Below, piece after piece: positions 25,216 to 38,550 of a stretch of DNA of 64,000 nt. Position numbers and translations under genes: made by a program. Source of the DNA: Batkoa obscura (taxonomy: Eukaryota); contig JASVEC010000012.1 of NCBI GenBank assembly GCA_030770535.1, forward strand, positions 868,001 to 932,000, written 5' to 3'. Each line of letters begins with the position of its first letter. The stretch's first letter is position 1. The notes beneath the pieces were generated by a model. The model was not told the origin of the DNA and did no database searches. It was given only the letters and a program-made list of their open reading frames with translations.

Positions 25216-25680
25216 ATTTAAAAGATATAAAAGCAAATTAACAGTTTTTTTTGCTAGTGCTATTTCTCGCCCCTTCCTAATTTGGTAGCTTTCATTAACA
25301 TTTTTTACAAATATTTTTTTATAGTGGTTATTAATATTTAATGATAATTCAGTAATTTGATTATATCATAACCATCTAACTTAGCACATTTATTGTTGTT
25401 TTATTATTTACAATATCCGGTCTCAACTTAAAAGTATTGCAATTTGATAATCTCATAATCCGATTTATGTTTATATGGAATGTTTTGAATAAATAATACT
25501 GTCTATTAATATCGTCAAAGTTGGGTAGATTTATTTTGTGATTACTTTTAAATTAGGCTCTGCTACTTATTTAGCTCTTCACATGTAGTATCTGTTCTTT
25601 TGGTAATTTTATGATATTATACATTTAGTACATGTTGGACGCATCTTTGGCTTCAATCTATTTTCGATTTTTACACTTAA

Positions 25681-25788
25681 CCCTTTGAGTACCGAATGTC
25701 TCAAAAAAATTCTGTTTGATTGGACCATGATTTCTAATCAATTCTATGCTGATTGGAATAGTTTTTTTAGAACTCAATATCCAAAGGG
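25681..25788. mobile_element. piggyBac-like MITE (TTAA TSD, CCCTTTG...CAAAGGG termini)
   Basis: ttaa|ccctttg ... caaaggg|ttaa, with an imperfect inverted repeat extending about 35-40 bp. Confidence 0.7.
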
Positions 25789-26244
25789 TTAATTTAATTC
25801 AAACCATGCGAGCCATATTCAGTTTAATTTCGATCTAAAAAAACTGGCGACCACTGTTCGTCCACGGTACTCAGGTGGTTAAAAATAGAACAAATCATTA
25901 ATAAAAGTAATGATAAAAGCATACTAGCATGTTGAATCCAGCAAAGCTTATTTTAAAAATCATGTGCTTGAGACGGTGCTTATTACGGCCAGTAGCAGTT
26001 ACTAGAATGTATAGAATTTCAAAAATCAATAACGACATTTAGTTGCATGAGCTGGAGTTAGTATCCAACAGAAACGCTATTCCATAAAATTGATAGCTAT
26101 ATTACCTGAAGTCTTAATGTGTATAAATGTTTACTTTAAGTTTTGCTCAAATAAAACAAATGTTTTGCTTTATATATTTACAAACAAATGATAGATAAAA
26201 TAATGTTTTATAATTATAATAAACAATGTCTTTTATTATAAAAA

Positions 26245-28155
26245 TTAAAGATTGGCTACTTGTTCCCATAACTTGTAAGGGTTTAATAAACTTTCTTCAG
26301 TATAGAAGATTCTCTTTTTAGCTGGAATCCAAGTGAATTCTAAAGGTCGTGGACTTTTAGAATCCGAAGGTTCTGAATAAGCTTCTCTAGAAGTATAAGA
26401 AAGTGCAATTTTAAATGGTGGAAATTTAAGGGAACCTGGAGTCCCTAAAAGCCCAAATCGTTGTAATTCCCATAAAACATAAGTAAGAGAATAAACGGTA
26501 CCACCTGCTAATGAAGCTACTGTGCCTTCTGTTTTTTTGTCGCCGCCAACTAATACAGTTTTCACACCATTGACTAATTGTAAATTGTTGCTAAATAAGG
26601 TACAAGTGGAATAACATATACCATTAGAAATGATAGTAATATCTTCTGGTTTATAAGGAGATTCATTGTTATTCTCTTTAATAAGATCAGCGAATGGGTT
26701 GGATGGACAATCATCAAGGAATAATTGAGTGTAGCTACTCTCACTACCGCCACGTACAAATTTACGTCCTTTTAAAAATTCTTCGGGACCAGTAAAACGA
26801 GTACCATCCAGTTTTAACCAGGATTGAGGATCATGAAAACCACCAGTACCATTACTTGCCTTAACTAACATATTAAAAATAGGGTTCATTCTTTGATCGG
26901 TTCTAAAATATAATGGGTTTGATTTTGGGAAAAAGTACTCAGCTAACCAATATCCAAGACATATAATACCTCCCCCGTTATTGCTTACATCAATTAACAC
27001 TTTGCTTACTTTCTTTTCTTTAAATGCTTTTAAGGCTGAAATAGTTTCATTAACGAAATAACTAACTCCTGCAGGCGCAAAAGTGGGCAAATTTAATAAA
27101 GCAGTATCTTCTTTAATCAAGTAACTTTGTACAAAAAAGCCTTTAGTTAGTGGATCATTAAGTCCTGTACTACTTTTGGATAATGTAAGCTCTTGGTCAA
27201 TTTTAGTTTCAATAACTTGCTTGACTTGTTGTCTTAATAACTCTGGTCTTTCAACATCTTTATTTTCTTCATTGAATGGAGAGCTTTGACGTTCACTAGG
27301 ATTAACTGAGCAGTTAGCCTTGTAGTAACTAGCGGTATCATTATAACCAGTTGGCCCAGTAACAAGGTAAGGCACTTTAACCCTTTCTTCATCATTGCCA
27401 ACTAAAAAAGTATAGCTTACTTCGCCTTTTTCAGGTACAATAGTTGAGACAGTGTGAGCGCCATAAGTAACACCCCAAGCACCAAACGAATTAATGGGTT
27501 TAGCTAAAGCTAAATTTAATCTTGAATTACTATCTCTTGAACCAGCAATATTTTTATCAGCATACATTTGAAGGTAATCTAATGGCAATTGACCATTAAT
27601 TAAATTGATTTTTTTACCAAGATATTTAGTAACATTAACACCTTTACTTAACCAATATTCTTGATAAGCAGGAGGGAATTTAACATTGGACAAAACTTTA
27701 ACAATTTGATTACCATTTTCATCATGATAAGTAAATAGTGGGAATGGTTGACGAAAGGTAAAGAAGTAAACACAAGCAGCAGCATAAACGGTATGACCAT
27801 CATGTAAAGAATTAAATAAATTGATAATATCACGATGGAAAGGAACTTCCTTTTGGTGCTTTTTTTGACGAATTTCATCTAACCCTTTAATAACATTTAT
27901 ATTACTAGAGATCTTTTTCTCAGGCGAATCTTTCGCTATGTCTAAAAAGGCATAAAATTCAGCTTCTTTTTTAAGTAAATCAATGTGCTCTTCAGCTTTC
28001 TTAGAATCTAAATCAATATTATTTAAACATGCTAATGTCTCTTCATATGTAAAGATGGGCTTCTTGGAAACGGTAGCACATGGATCTTCTCTGACATCAA
28101 CTGCGTTGGATACCAATGCTAAAGCGAAAAAAGAAATAAGATTTAAAAGTTTCAT
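26245..28155 (-). CDS. Secreted peptidase S41-family protein (fungal CPAF-like type)
   Basis: Signal peptide, LHDGHT, LIDVSNNGGG and ISNGICYSTC (the fungal S41 GxCxSTC serine motif); intronless, 636 aa. Confidence 0.85.
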   Translation of the reverse strand: MKLLNLISFFALALVSNAVDVREDPCATVSKKPIFTYEETLACLNNIDLDSKKAEEHIDLLKKEAEFYAFLDIAKDSPEKKISSNINVIKGLDEIRQKKHQKEVPFHRDIINLFNSLHDGHTVYAAACVYFFTFRQPFPLFTYHDENGNQIVKVLSNVKFPPAYQEYWLSKGVNVTKYLGKKINLINGQLPLDYLQMYADKNIAGSRDSNSRLNLALAKPINSFGAWGVTYGAHTVSTIVPEKGEVSYTFLVGNDEERVKVPYLVTGPTGYNDTASYYKANCSVNPSERQSSPFNEENKDVERPELLRQQVKQVIETKIDQELTLSKSSTGLNDPLTKGFFVQSYLIKEDTALLNLPTFAPAGVSYFVNETISALKAFKEKKVSKVLIDVSNNGGGIICLGYWLAEYFFPKSNPLYFRTDQRMNPIFNMLVKASNGTGGFHDPQSWLKLDGTRFTGPEEFLKGRKFVRGGSESSYTQLFLDDCPSNPFADLIKENNNESPYKPEDITIISNGICYSTCTLFSNNLQLVNGVKTVLVGGDKKTEGTVASLAGGTVYSLTYVLWELQRFGLLGTPGSLKFPPFKIALSYTSREAYSEPSDSKSPRPLEFTWIPAKKRIFYTEESLLNPYKLWEQVANL

Positions 28156-28982
28156 TATTTATAATTTAAAAGCTAACTTTTAATTTAATCTATAACTTAT
28201 TTATTAGCTTTTTATACTATAAATTTTTAGTATGGAATTTAAATATTCTATTTATTTGAATTTATTTTGGATTCATTTTTATCATATTGTTTCCTATTCA
28301 TTCACCTGATGTTACTACTGACAAGTTCCATGCATCCAATTTGTAAGCTGGATTTACTAAATTCAAAATTCATGTTAATTGTTTCGAAAATATCACATCA
28401 AAAATCAGGGATAAAGTTTGAAATTTTGAATTGGAACTATTAACTATAAGGTCATATTAACATGAAATAAGTCAACTTTTATCAATAATAATAAAATTTT
28501 GGTTTATAGCTCAGATAAATTTAGAATAATTCAGAAATTATATTATATTTTTAATGACTTAGATGCATATTTCTTTTGTTTTATTAACTCATCTTACTTT
28601 CTTTATGTTAGAATTGAATATACTTTCCTATTTATCTTCGATTTAATTACAATTACCTTGTTTTTTACTCAATTGCGAAATACAAGTTATTAATTAGATT
28701 ATGGTTTCTAATTATTGCATTATTATATTATGTATCTATTGCTATTTTTTGATTATTTGATTGATTATTTTAGATGTTATTTTAGGCGGATTATCATTCC
28801 TTTTTAGTTTGTATTTTATAAATAAAAGTACATACAATTTTATATTAAGTTTTGAATTGAACTTAATATTTAACTAAATATAAATATGTAGAAAAGTGAT
28901 AAACTAATAAAAATATTAAATAAAGAAAAATAAATAACTTCAATTTTGAATAACATTTATTTAATCTAATAAAACTTAAAGT

Positions 28983-29081
28983 AGGATGTTTTTTTTGGCT
29001 TCATTACTTTTTCTATTTTTTTAAGCGCTATTTGAGCGGAAAAATTGTTAGTAAAATCCTTGAATACAAAAATACATCCCC
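28983..29081 (-). mobile_element. MITE family A copy
   Basis: AAGT direct repeat on both sides. Confidence 0.9.
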
Positions 29082-29189
29082 AAGTAATGATTAACTTATA
29101 TTATCTTTTATTATAAAATATTTGATAGAAATAAACTCGCTTATTAGCTTGATAGCTTAATACATATTTTAGAAAAATAAAGGTTATAT

Positions 29190-29287
29190 GGGGATGTATT
29201 TTTTGTTTAAGAATTTTACTAACAATTATTCTACTTAAATAGCGCTTGAAAAATGGAAAAAGTGATGAAATCAAAAAAAACACCCTC
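29190..29287 (+). mobile_element. MITE family A copy
   Basis: ATAT TSD. Confidence 0.9.
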
Positions 29288-29696
29288 ATATCGTATTACC
29301 AATTGATTGATCTTGAGCTTGCTTAAATTGATTTGTTTTTGATATTTCAATAGAAATTTTATAATCTTAGTTTTATTGTTGAAAGTTTAATATTTCATTA
29401 AATAAAAACTTTAATAATTAGTCATAGATTTTAGTATCAAATTTATTTGATGTGTTATTTTTTATTAGAAAAGTGACTTAAAGGGTATTTTGAATCATGA
29501 CTGTATTTTGAGTTATATTTACTTGGTTGAATTTAAGGCTTACTTTAAAATAATTTTATAGCTATTAAATAATAGTAATTTGATAAGTTAAAGCTCTTCA
29601 CAATATTATATATTTGAAACCAATAAATTAATCAATAATAATCTTTAAATTATTAGCAACAAACAATAAAATATGGAAAGTTAAAACATAATTTTA

Positions 29697-30661
29697 TTAA
29701 TTTGAAATACTTTTGGGTGAATCAAAGTACTCAAATTTACCATTTGGATAAACAGCACGTGTATAAGAATCAGTGAATTCTAACGCAGCTAAATGACCAC
29801 CATCATAATAAGAAGAAATAGCTACATCGATAAGTATAGCACGATTATTACAACGAGTTGTTATCTTATTATTCTTTTGAATAGTATGTCCCATCACCAT
29901 TCTTTTAGCACCTAAATTATCTAATGCTTTAGTTAATTTAGAACAAACTTCATCTTGAGCATCATTTGCATAGCCTCGATACCAAAGTGGACCACCCCCT
30001 TTTTGAGTAAATATAGTCCGTTTACTTAATTGACTAGCAGAATCTAATAATAAATATTCATGGGATTCTTTATTCAAACCTTCCACTTTCTTCTTTGACC
30101 AATCTAAATTGACACCACCATGGCAGAAGATAGTATCATGGACTTTAGCAGTAACGTTAAGATTTCTTAAATATTTACCAATAACACCCGATTTACTAAA
30201 TTCTTCCTTACGCTTTTTTTCACTTCCAAAGTTAGCTATATCTTCTTCGGATACATCTTTATAGTTCTCTGATAAATTCATAGTCTCATGGTTGCCTAAT
30301 AATGGGATAAATAAACCATCTTTGGAGGCTGCATCTTGACGAAGTTTCATAAAATAATCATATATTTTTTTAGCATTGGGACCACGATCGGTTACATCTC
30401 CCTATATCAATAATGAATATTTAGTTAATTAATTAAAATCAATTTAAAGTGAACTACCGTTTGTATTAAAGTGGTACTACTTCCCCCAATCCATTCATTT
30501 TCTTCATTGATTACTTTGGTCATTTTTAATACTTTTAACATATTTTCATAATCTCCATGTAAATCACCTACCGCAACAACTCGATACTTAGTAGATTGAC
30601 ATACTACTAAGGAGTTGGAACTGAGTAAAAAGGTAGCAGCTAAAATTGAAAGTAATTTCAT
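29697..30661 (-). CDS. Shewanella-like PPP metallophosphatase with signal peptide, copy 2 (intron 30402..30457)
   Basis: All PPP motifs intact; the phase-0 intron joins QT|GDVTDRG. Confidence 0.9.
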
Positions 30662-32700
30662 AATAGAAAACTATCTAAAGTAAATAATTGATGGACGACT
30701 TCTTTTTTTATTTATATATGTTTTAAATGCAGTATTAGAATTCTAGTTGTACTTTTTTTTATCCTCTAATCGTTGAGTATGAGTACTCGTGGAACCTTTT
30801 AAGATGCTATTCTAGAGTCATAATTTGGTATTCGAGTTTTATTAGTTTAAATTAGTAAATTGTATTTATATAGTGTTCAATAAAAAAGATGAATTTATTC
30901 TTTACGTTTGTTAATCCATGTGTTAGCTTGGATTGATTTATAGTTTACCTTTTTAATTCATGTACACTTATTGCTAATTTTGTTAGTTATAATTCTTGTA
31001 TTTTTTTGGTCTATAGCCTCCTCCCATGTGTTATCTTTGTCAAGCTTTTTAGTCCATGTTTTGTCTAATTTCAATCAAAAAATCTAAGCAATTTTTTGTG
31101 AATTTTTGAATTTCATTAGTTAAAACAAAACTGACCTTTTTGTCAGTGTAGTTTTTATTAAAATTCATCCAGTTCTTTTTGATTAAGATCTTGATTAAAA
31201 AAGAAAGGCTATAACTAGAAAATTCTAATAGCCAAGGCATCTTTTACTAGAGTACAGAATTAAAGTTCCAATTTGAATTAAATTATTTACATTGAAATTA
31301 GTGGGATAAATCCATTATTTTGGTATGAAATAGATAAAATATTAAAATATTATTATTATTTTGATAAGAAAGTATATATACACTTCCATTTCTTTTGTTA
31401 AGCTATTGAATTAACCATATGAATTCCATAAATTTAAGTTTAAATCGAACTCAAATTTAATAAATTAATATTATATTTATATGTAAAATGATATATTACT
31501 TTGAAAAACAATTTATGTTAGATGACCAAAGAACTAAATATCAATATCTTTGGGATTAAACCCGTATTTAATTGATCATGTTATTAATTTTGTAAACTTA
31601 TTGAATTTATAAATCCCTTATACATCTCAAGTCCATGAGTTTTAAAAATTGAACTTTTAAATTTTTATAAAATTTATAAATGCTCTTATTACTTATAAAT
31701 AAAACATTATACTGCTTATAATAAATAAGATAATCCGAATTACTTTAAACTTATCAATAATATTTTTATTTATTTATCTATATAGAATATAATAGTTATA
31801 AACTAACATTTTTTTAATACAACCCACCTTTTTCTTTATCCCTCCTTTTCAATCTAATTCTTTCTCATTTAATAGGAAACTTTATCAAGATTAAAAATAA
31901 AATGGGGTCCTTTCGATTTAAGCAACTTATTAAATATAAAAAAGTTTGAATTCTGATTTTATACATTTGTAAAGCCTCTTCTAAATGATATGAACTCTAG
32001 AGTTCACTAATTCTATTGTTTATCTTTTTATTTTGATTAATAAAACACTCCGAAAACAAATCCTTCAAGAAGAAAAAAAGAAAACATACATTATAATTGA
32101 TAAGACAATCATTATCAATAGAATATTAGATTTAGTTAATTATCTTTTCTATAAAAAAATTATACCTAAGGCTATTTAACATGAATCTTATCAGACAACT
32201 ATATCTACTAAAAGGAAATGAATTATTTTTAAAAAAGCAACTTCATTTTGTAACGATGCATTAATAGAACTATATTCCTTACTATTTTGAACTTACAATT
32301 CAAAATAGTCATCTGTATAGTATAAAATTTTAGAGATGACTTGAATAAATTAATGTATATAAAGTTCTTATTCATGATAGTAAGTTTACGTTAATTAAGA
32401 ATAATAAAAAATGAATATTTTATTTCAATCTATTAAATACAAGGAATTAATAAACATAGTTTATTAAGTTATAAATACATATCAATAGCCGATTTATGAG
32501 TTACTAAAATTAGAATCTAAAATCTTAACATTTGATTAATTGTTTACAAATAAAGCTATACAGTCAATTTCAATTAAAGAATAAAATAAAATAAATAAAT
32601 TACACTTTTTTAAAAATTTTAATATTCTAATTTAAAATAAATATAAATAAAAAAGAAATATCGAACTTTGGTTTTATATTTTATTAATTTTTAAAAAATT

Positions 32701-33648
32701 ATGAATTTATTTTCCACTTTAATAGCTGCCATTTTACTTGTTAACAATTCCCTGGTGGAATGTCAATCGGATAGTTATCGCGTTGTTGCGGTTGGTGATT
32801 TACATGGAGATTATGATAATATGATCAAGATATTGCAAATGACTAAAGTAATTGATGAAGAACATGAATGGATTGGTGGAAGTCATACGACTTTAGTACA
32901 AACTGGGGATGTAGTTGATCGTGGCCCAGATGCCAAAAAAATATATAACTATTTTATGAAACTTCGTCAAGATGCCTCATCTAAAGGTGGTTTATTTGTT
33001 CCATTATTAGGTAATCATGAAACCAAAAATATGATCGAAAATTATAAAGATGTATCTAAACAAGATATTTCTGCTTTTGGTTCTGAAGAGGAACGTAAAG
33101 AAGAGTTTAGTGAATCAGGTATTATTGGCAAATATTTAAGAAATTTAGATATTACTGCCAAAGTTCATGACACTATTTTCTGCCATGGTGGTGTCAATTT
33201 AGATTGGTCAAAGAAGAAAGTGGAAGGTTTGAATAAAGAATTTCATAAACTTGTTTCATCCGAAAGCAAGGGGGAACTAAAAGAAAGTGAAATATTTTCA
33301 AAAGAGGGCGATGGTCCACTTTGGTATCGTGGTTATGCTAAAGACGATGAAGATGAAGTTTGTTCTAAATTAACTAAAGCATTAGATAATTTAGGTGCTA
33401 AAAGAATGGTGATGGGACATACTATTCAAAAGAATAATAAGATAACAACTCGTTGTAATGATCGTGCTATACTTATTGATATTGCAATCTCTTCTTTTTA
33501 TGATGGTGGCCATTTAGGTGCCTTTGAATTTACAGATTCTTATATGCGTGCTGTTTATCCAAATGGTAAATTTGAGTACTTTGGTAAAGCTAAAGAAGTT
33601 TCAAATGATTCAGAAGATCTAGAAGATCTAGAAGATTCAAGTGATTAA
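32701..33648 (+). CDS. Shewanella-like PPP metallophosphatase with signal peptide, copy 3 (intronless, acidic tail)
   Basis: GDLHGD, GDVVDRGP, GNHE, HGG, GHT. Confidence 0.92.
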   Translation: MNLFSTLIAAILLVNNSLVECQSDSYRVVAVGDLHGDYDNMIKILQMTKVIDEEHEWIGGSHTTLVQTGDVVDRGPDAKKIYNYFMKLRQDASSKGGLFVPLLGNHETKNMIENYKDVSKQDISAFGSEEERKEEFSESGIIGKYLRNLDITAKVHDTIFCHGGVNLDWSKKKVEGLNKEFHKLVSSESKGELKESEIFSKEGDGPLWYRGYAKDDEDEVCSKLTKALDNLGAKRMVMGHTIQKNNKITTRCNDRAILIDIAISSFYDGGHLGAFEFTDSYMRAVYPNGKFEYFGKAKEVSNDSEDLEDLEDSSD

Positions 33649-35120
33649 ATTGTATTTATAGATTATATACAATCGTATATCCTTAGCTTATGATTTTTAA
33701 AAATAAATAAAATTATTAAAATTAAACCTATGTGAACGATTTTTATAAGTCTATTTTACTTGTTATTAAATAACTAAGTCAGTATTAAATAAAACTATTA
33801 ATGTTTATAATATAAAAGGGCATGAGTTTTTTTTCTTGGTAGACCTATATCCCAAGTGTTTTATTAGCTAAAATAAAAACATAAATATTTCAATCAGTGA
33901 ACTTAAAAACTATGTCATTCGTTATAGACTTTGTAAAAGTTAAACGTAAAGTTTTCATTATTTTCATCTTTAATAAATTAAAAAAGTCAAAATAGCTTGT
34001 ATTTGTTTAATTCCTATAGAATTCCTTACTGAATAAGGAAAGCAATTAAATAAAAAGAAAGTACCAAAAGAGGCAATAGATTAAAATGAAAAGGAAGTTT
34101 TTTTTATAAAATCTACAGTTTTGTCAAAACCATTAAAAAAAATTTAATAGTAAAATTTTGGAAATTCAATATAAAATAGTTTTGGAAGTGATAAGGTAAG
34201 ATAATAAAAATAAATATTTGAAAAATTTTAACATAATTAATAAAATACATTATTTGTAAACTATAGCTTTTTTAATTGCTCTTATTTTTAATGTTTAAGC
34301 TAGTTTTTTTTTACAATAAGCCTCTAATAGAAAATTATTAATTAAATTATTTTTTTGATTTTTACTAATAATAAACTTTCTTTAAAATTTTAATCCCCAA
34401 TTTATATCATTTAAAATTATTTGATTTTTTAGCTTTTTTTAAGTTTTTAAACGAATTTTATCATATATTAAAACTTTTATTGCTAATAAAAAAACTTTTG
34501 ATTTTAAACAATTTTACTACAAATAAAAAATTGATTGACATTTTATTAAATGTTTCTAATTACAGCTTTTTTGGACCTGATAAAGTATTATATAATTTTT
34601 ATAAAAGTTTTTTTAAATCAGTGTGAAAGTTGATACTCAGTGGTCGGAGTTAAAAGCTACTCTTGCTTAATTAACTTGCCTTGAGTCGAACGGTCTTAGT
34701 TTATGTAACTAAGATAGACTTAACTTAATAGAAATAATACGTATAGACTACGAATTATGTAAAACAAATATAATAGAAGATACTACTGTAAAATCTATAT
34801 AAGATGTCGTCAGAAAGACTTGGTGACTTTATTAATGATATGTTATCAGGGAGTAATTCAATTAAAAAGCCTCGAGTTAGTATGTTAAAGAATCTCTTTT
34901 ATACTCCAACAAGTATGGATATCAAAACGAGAGGATATGATTCTTTGCAATGTGAAGTTAGAAATTCTCACACCAAATTAAAACAAGGAACTCTGTATTG
35001 ATTATACCACACAGTTCACGGTTAAATTGATTACAAGACTACCACTAGCTTTGTAAACAAGTTCAATGATTATTATATTATAATTAATTCGAGAGCTAAA
35101 TAAAGCAAATTTCACAATAT

Positions 35121-35219
35121 GGAGGTGTTTTTTTTGGCTTCATTACTTTTTACATCTTTTAAGCGCTATTTGAGTGGGAAAATTGTTAATAAAACTCTTA
35201 AACACAAAAATACATCCCC
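35121..35219 (-). mobile_element. MITE family A copy
   Basis: ATAT TSD. Confidence 0.9.
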
Positions 35220-35423
35220 ATATATTATATTTTAAACAAAAGTAAACTTAATTAAAACCTTTTTTTTAGTTTTTTTAATGCTTATATTATATATAATTAA
35301 ATTTAGTTTATTATTATTAATTTTTTTTAATTAGTTTTATCTTTTTATAAAAGCTTTTAATATATTTTTAACTTTAATTTTTTTATAATATTGTTAACTC
35401 AGCTTTTATAATTTCTGAGTTTT

Positions 35424-35481
35424 TTTCCGCTCAAATAGCGCTTAAAAATGGAAAAAGTAATGAAACCAAAAAAAATACCTT
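35424..35481 (+). mobile_element. MITE family A 3' half
   Basis: ttccgctcaaatagcgcttaaaaatggaaaaagtaatgaaacc. Confidence 0.8.
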
Positions 35482-36271
35482 TATTTTTATTTATAATTAG
35501 TAAATTTTTATTTCAATACAACTTTTGTAATGATTAAATTTAAAAAAAAATTAGGTTATAAACTTTTTTTCATAATTCATTGTAAATTATCCAAATCTAA
35601 ATTGCTTAATTTTATTTTTATTTATTACTTATTTTATTTAATAAAAAATAATTTCAAGTTATAAAATATACAAAACTAAATTAAAAGAAAAAGGCTAAAA
35701 AAGTACAATAAAACTAATAGTAGATGTTTATAAAAAAATATTAATTTATTATTATAAGAAAAAAAAATCACTACCTTATTTTTCACTTAATAGTATTTAA
35801 AAATTGGAAAAAAGGATGAAACTGCAAAAGATACCTCTCAGCTATTTATGAAAGTTGCATTATTTATGGAAAGTTATAAAATAATGTAATGATTAAAACG
35901 TTTTTTATTTTAATATTAATTAAAAAAATCTATTATATAAAAGAAAAATAGGCAAATAGGAAAGATAATATGATTATTCCTATCAACTTGCATTTATTTA
36001 TATGCCTATTTGGAACTGGTATTTACAAGAACGATAGTGTCAGATTATATAAAATAATTATTTATACTGTAATATTTGCTAATTTCTATTAAATAGAGTT
36101 TCAAGTACAAATACTTTTTAGCCAATTAAAAATCATAAAAATAAAATGTGAAGTGCCTTTTAAAAACCAATCAAGGAATAATTATAAGGAGTAAACTAGG
36201 TTGAAAAAAGGAAAACAGACCAATAAAAAATTCGTTCTATTTTTTATTCAGTTACACAACTAATATTTAAG

Positions 36272-37363
36272 ATGATGGGAAGGAAACTCAAAGTGGATAA
36301 AGCGAATATAATAGGACCATCAAGTAGTGATAATAATAATAATAATAGAAATATAAAAGCTAAGGCTGGTAATAATATAACAATAATAAAATCCTCCAAT
36401 CATAGTCCAAGCAGTAGTATAACTAGTAGTAATATTAGGGTCAGATCCCCAATTTCTAATGTATCTAGTACTTCAGTACCAAAAGCGAATCCAATGAATA
36501 TTATTCGTCCTGGGGTTGTGTTTAGTCCTGGAAGTGGAAGCACTATATCTACATCATTAAGTAGAAGACCTTCAAGTAGAACATCAAGCACATCTAATGA
36601 ACAAAATTCTCAGAGGAATAATTTAGTCAAAAGTCCAAAACCTATATTAAATCAACAAAGTATATTAGCGGCTATAAATTCAAAATTAATGGCCCATACC
36701 AATAATTTAATTGAAGAAGATTATTCTCAGTCGGATGAATCAGAAAGTAAAAATTCGGATTTTAGTGATGAAGACAATTTTGATAAAGAGTTTGAAGAAA
36801 ATTCGAATTCAGAAATTAATTCGAACTCCAATTCTTCCTTTTCTACAGATATAGGAAATTTAGATAGCCTTGTTATTGAAGCTCGAATCAATAGAAAAGT
36901 AAGTTTATTATTATTTATTAAATGTCTTTATTTATAAATTAGATTTTAGACTTGGAAATATCAAACAAATCATTATTGGCAATAAATACAGTTCTAGAAG
37001 CAAAAGTTCGTAAACAAGGGGATGAAATAGAAACACTTAAAAAAAGTTTACAAGGGTAAAATTTTAATTTTTTAAATTAATATTTGATTTAATTAATTAT
37101 TTAGTGTTGTTAATGGTGAGTTTATACCACTTCCTAAATCTGACTTAGATATTGAAGAAGTAAAATTCAATATTAATTTATTAATCATTATTAAAAAATC
37201 ATTTTAGAGTGAAGAAAGTATAGATGATGAAGATGAACAAAAATTTAATCGGATATTAGCTTCTTTTGATAAGATGCTTAACGAAGGAAAAGGAGCTATT
37301 GATTTCACATCACATAAAAATAGTGGCAGAGTACTTCCAAGTCATACTTTAGATTCGATTTAA
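36272..37363 (+). CDS. Uncharacterised Ser/Asn-rich protein with C-terminal coiled coil (3 introns)
   Basis: Spliced reading gives EARINRK|ILDLEISNKSLLAINTVLEAKVRKQ, a motif I recall from conserved fungal hypothetical proteins. GT-AG introns start near 36899, 37056 and 37160. Confidence 0.7.
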
Positions 37364-37908
37364 AACTTAATTAATTTTTAATTGAAATCTTCAGTTTATA
37401 CTATATTTTAGCTAGCTCTATTAATTCCATCCATTTTATTTTATCATGTTTACTATTTAATCGCTTAATTACTTGAATCGAATTGATGAAGGTAGGTTAA
37501 TTTGGTTCAATGTATTTATCAACCTTTGTTTAATTACATTGTTTTTTTGTATAAAACTTTATTTTAAATAAAGTTTATATCTTTCTGTTATTTTAATCTT
37601 TAATTTTCAGTTTTCAATTTTATATTATGATATTTTAAGCTTTAATTTGTATATTTTGTATAATTACTTTAAATTATTTGAAATCATTATCTCTTATCAA
37701 ATATCAACAAAGATTAGTATAGCTTTATTTATAAACAATAATTTCAATAACTGATTTCATAGTTAATGAATAAGCCACTTTAAATAACAACTATAAAGAA
37801 TCAAATTTTAAAAAACAAAAGCACTTCAAAAAGAACAATGAAATCATTAAAGTGTTATTTAATTGCAGATTGATAAAATGAATGAACCATTTTTAATAAA
37901 ACTTAATA

Positions 37909-38550
37909 ATGATAATTACAACAACAAAGTCAAGTGGCTCCAATAACAATGAAAAGAAAACACATGGACCAACTTTAAGTTCCACAGTATTAGGATTCTT
38001 AGGTTTAACTACATTATATCCAGGGGGTGCTAAAGCGTTTTTAGGTCATACTTTAAATGCTACTAGAGCTGCTAAAATGACCAGAATAGGTAACTAAATC
38101 TTAAATCTTAAATCTTAAGTATAATTAAATGAATAATTTAAAGCTTCAATCACTTGTATCTATGCATTATCTTCCAACCTTTTAGAAGAATATCGTACAA
38201 ATAAAAATGTATTTGATGATGATGATAATGGCCACGATTTAATTCATCATAGACCTCAAAGGAAGGATGATATATGGAATCCTATATTTGGTTCCTTATT
38301 AGCAGGTGCAATACTTCAAGCTAGAAGTGAGTTTTATTTTCTATTTTTTATTTTGTTTTAAAAGAGTAATTTATATTTAGGTCGAATTGTAAAAAATATA
38401 TTAAAAAGCTCTGGATTTTTTGGTATTGGGATGGGACTCTATTGTATTGGTTTAGATTGGCTTGAACCTATAATTCCATTAAAAAATTTCGATTTGGTTC
38501 AATCTTTAAATAATTTATTGGATCCTACAGCTTCAAATAATAGAAAATAA
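37909..38550 (+). CDS. Tim17/Tim22/Tim23/Pmp24-family membrane protein (2 introns)
   Basis: Exon 2 encodes RKDDIWNPIFGSLLAGAILQAR, the family signature; Gly-rich TM segments. Confidence 0.7.

Noticed and set aside
31991..32006. Perfect 16-bp palindrome tgaactctagagttca
   Set aside because: About one such palindrome is expected by chance in 64 kb.
34620..34672. gtgaaagt...tcggag...ctactct resembling a group II intron domain V/VI or an LSU rRNA fragment
   Set aside because: No AGC/CGC triad arm or proper pairing, and no extended rRNA similarity.
34804..35001. 65-aa ORF
   Set aside because: No recognisable motif or splice continuation; cannot be supported.
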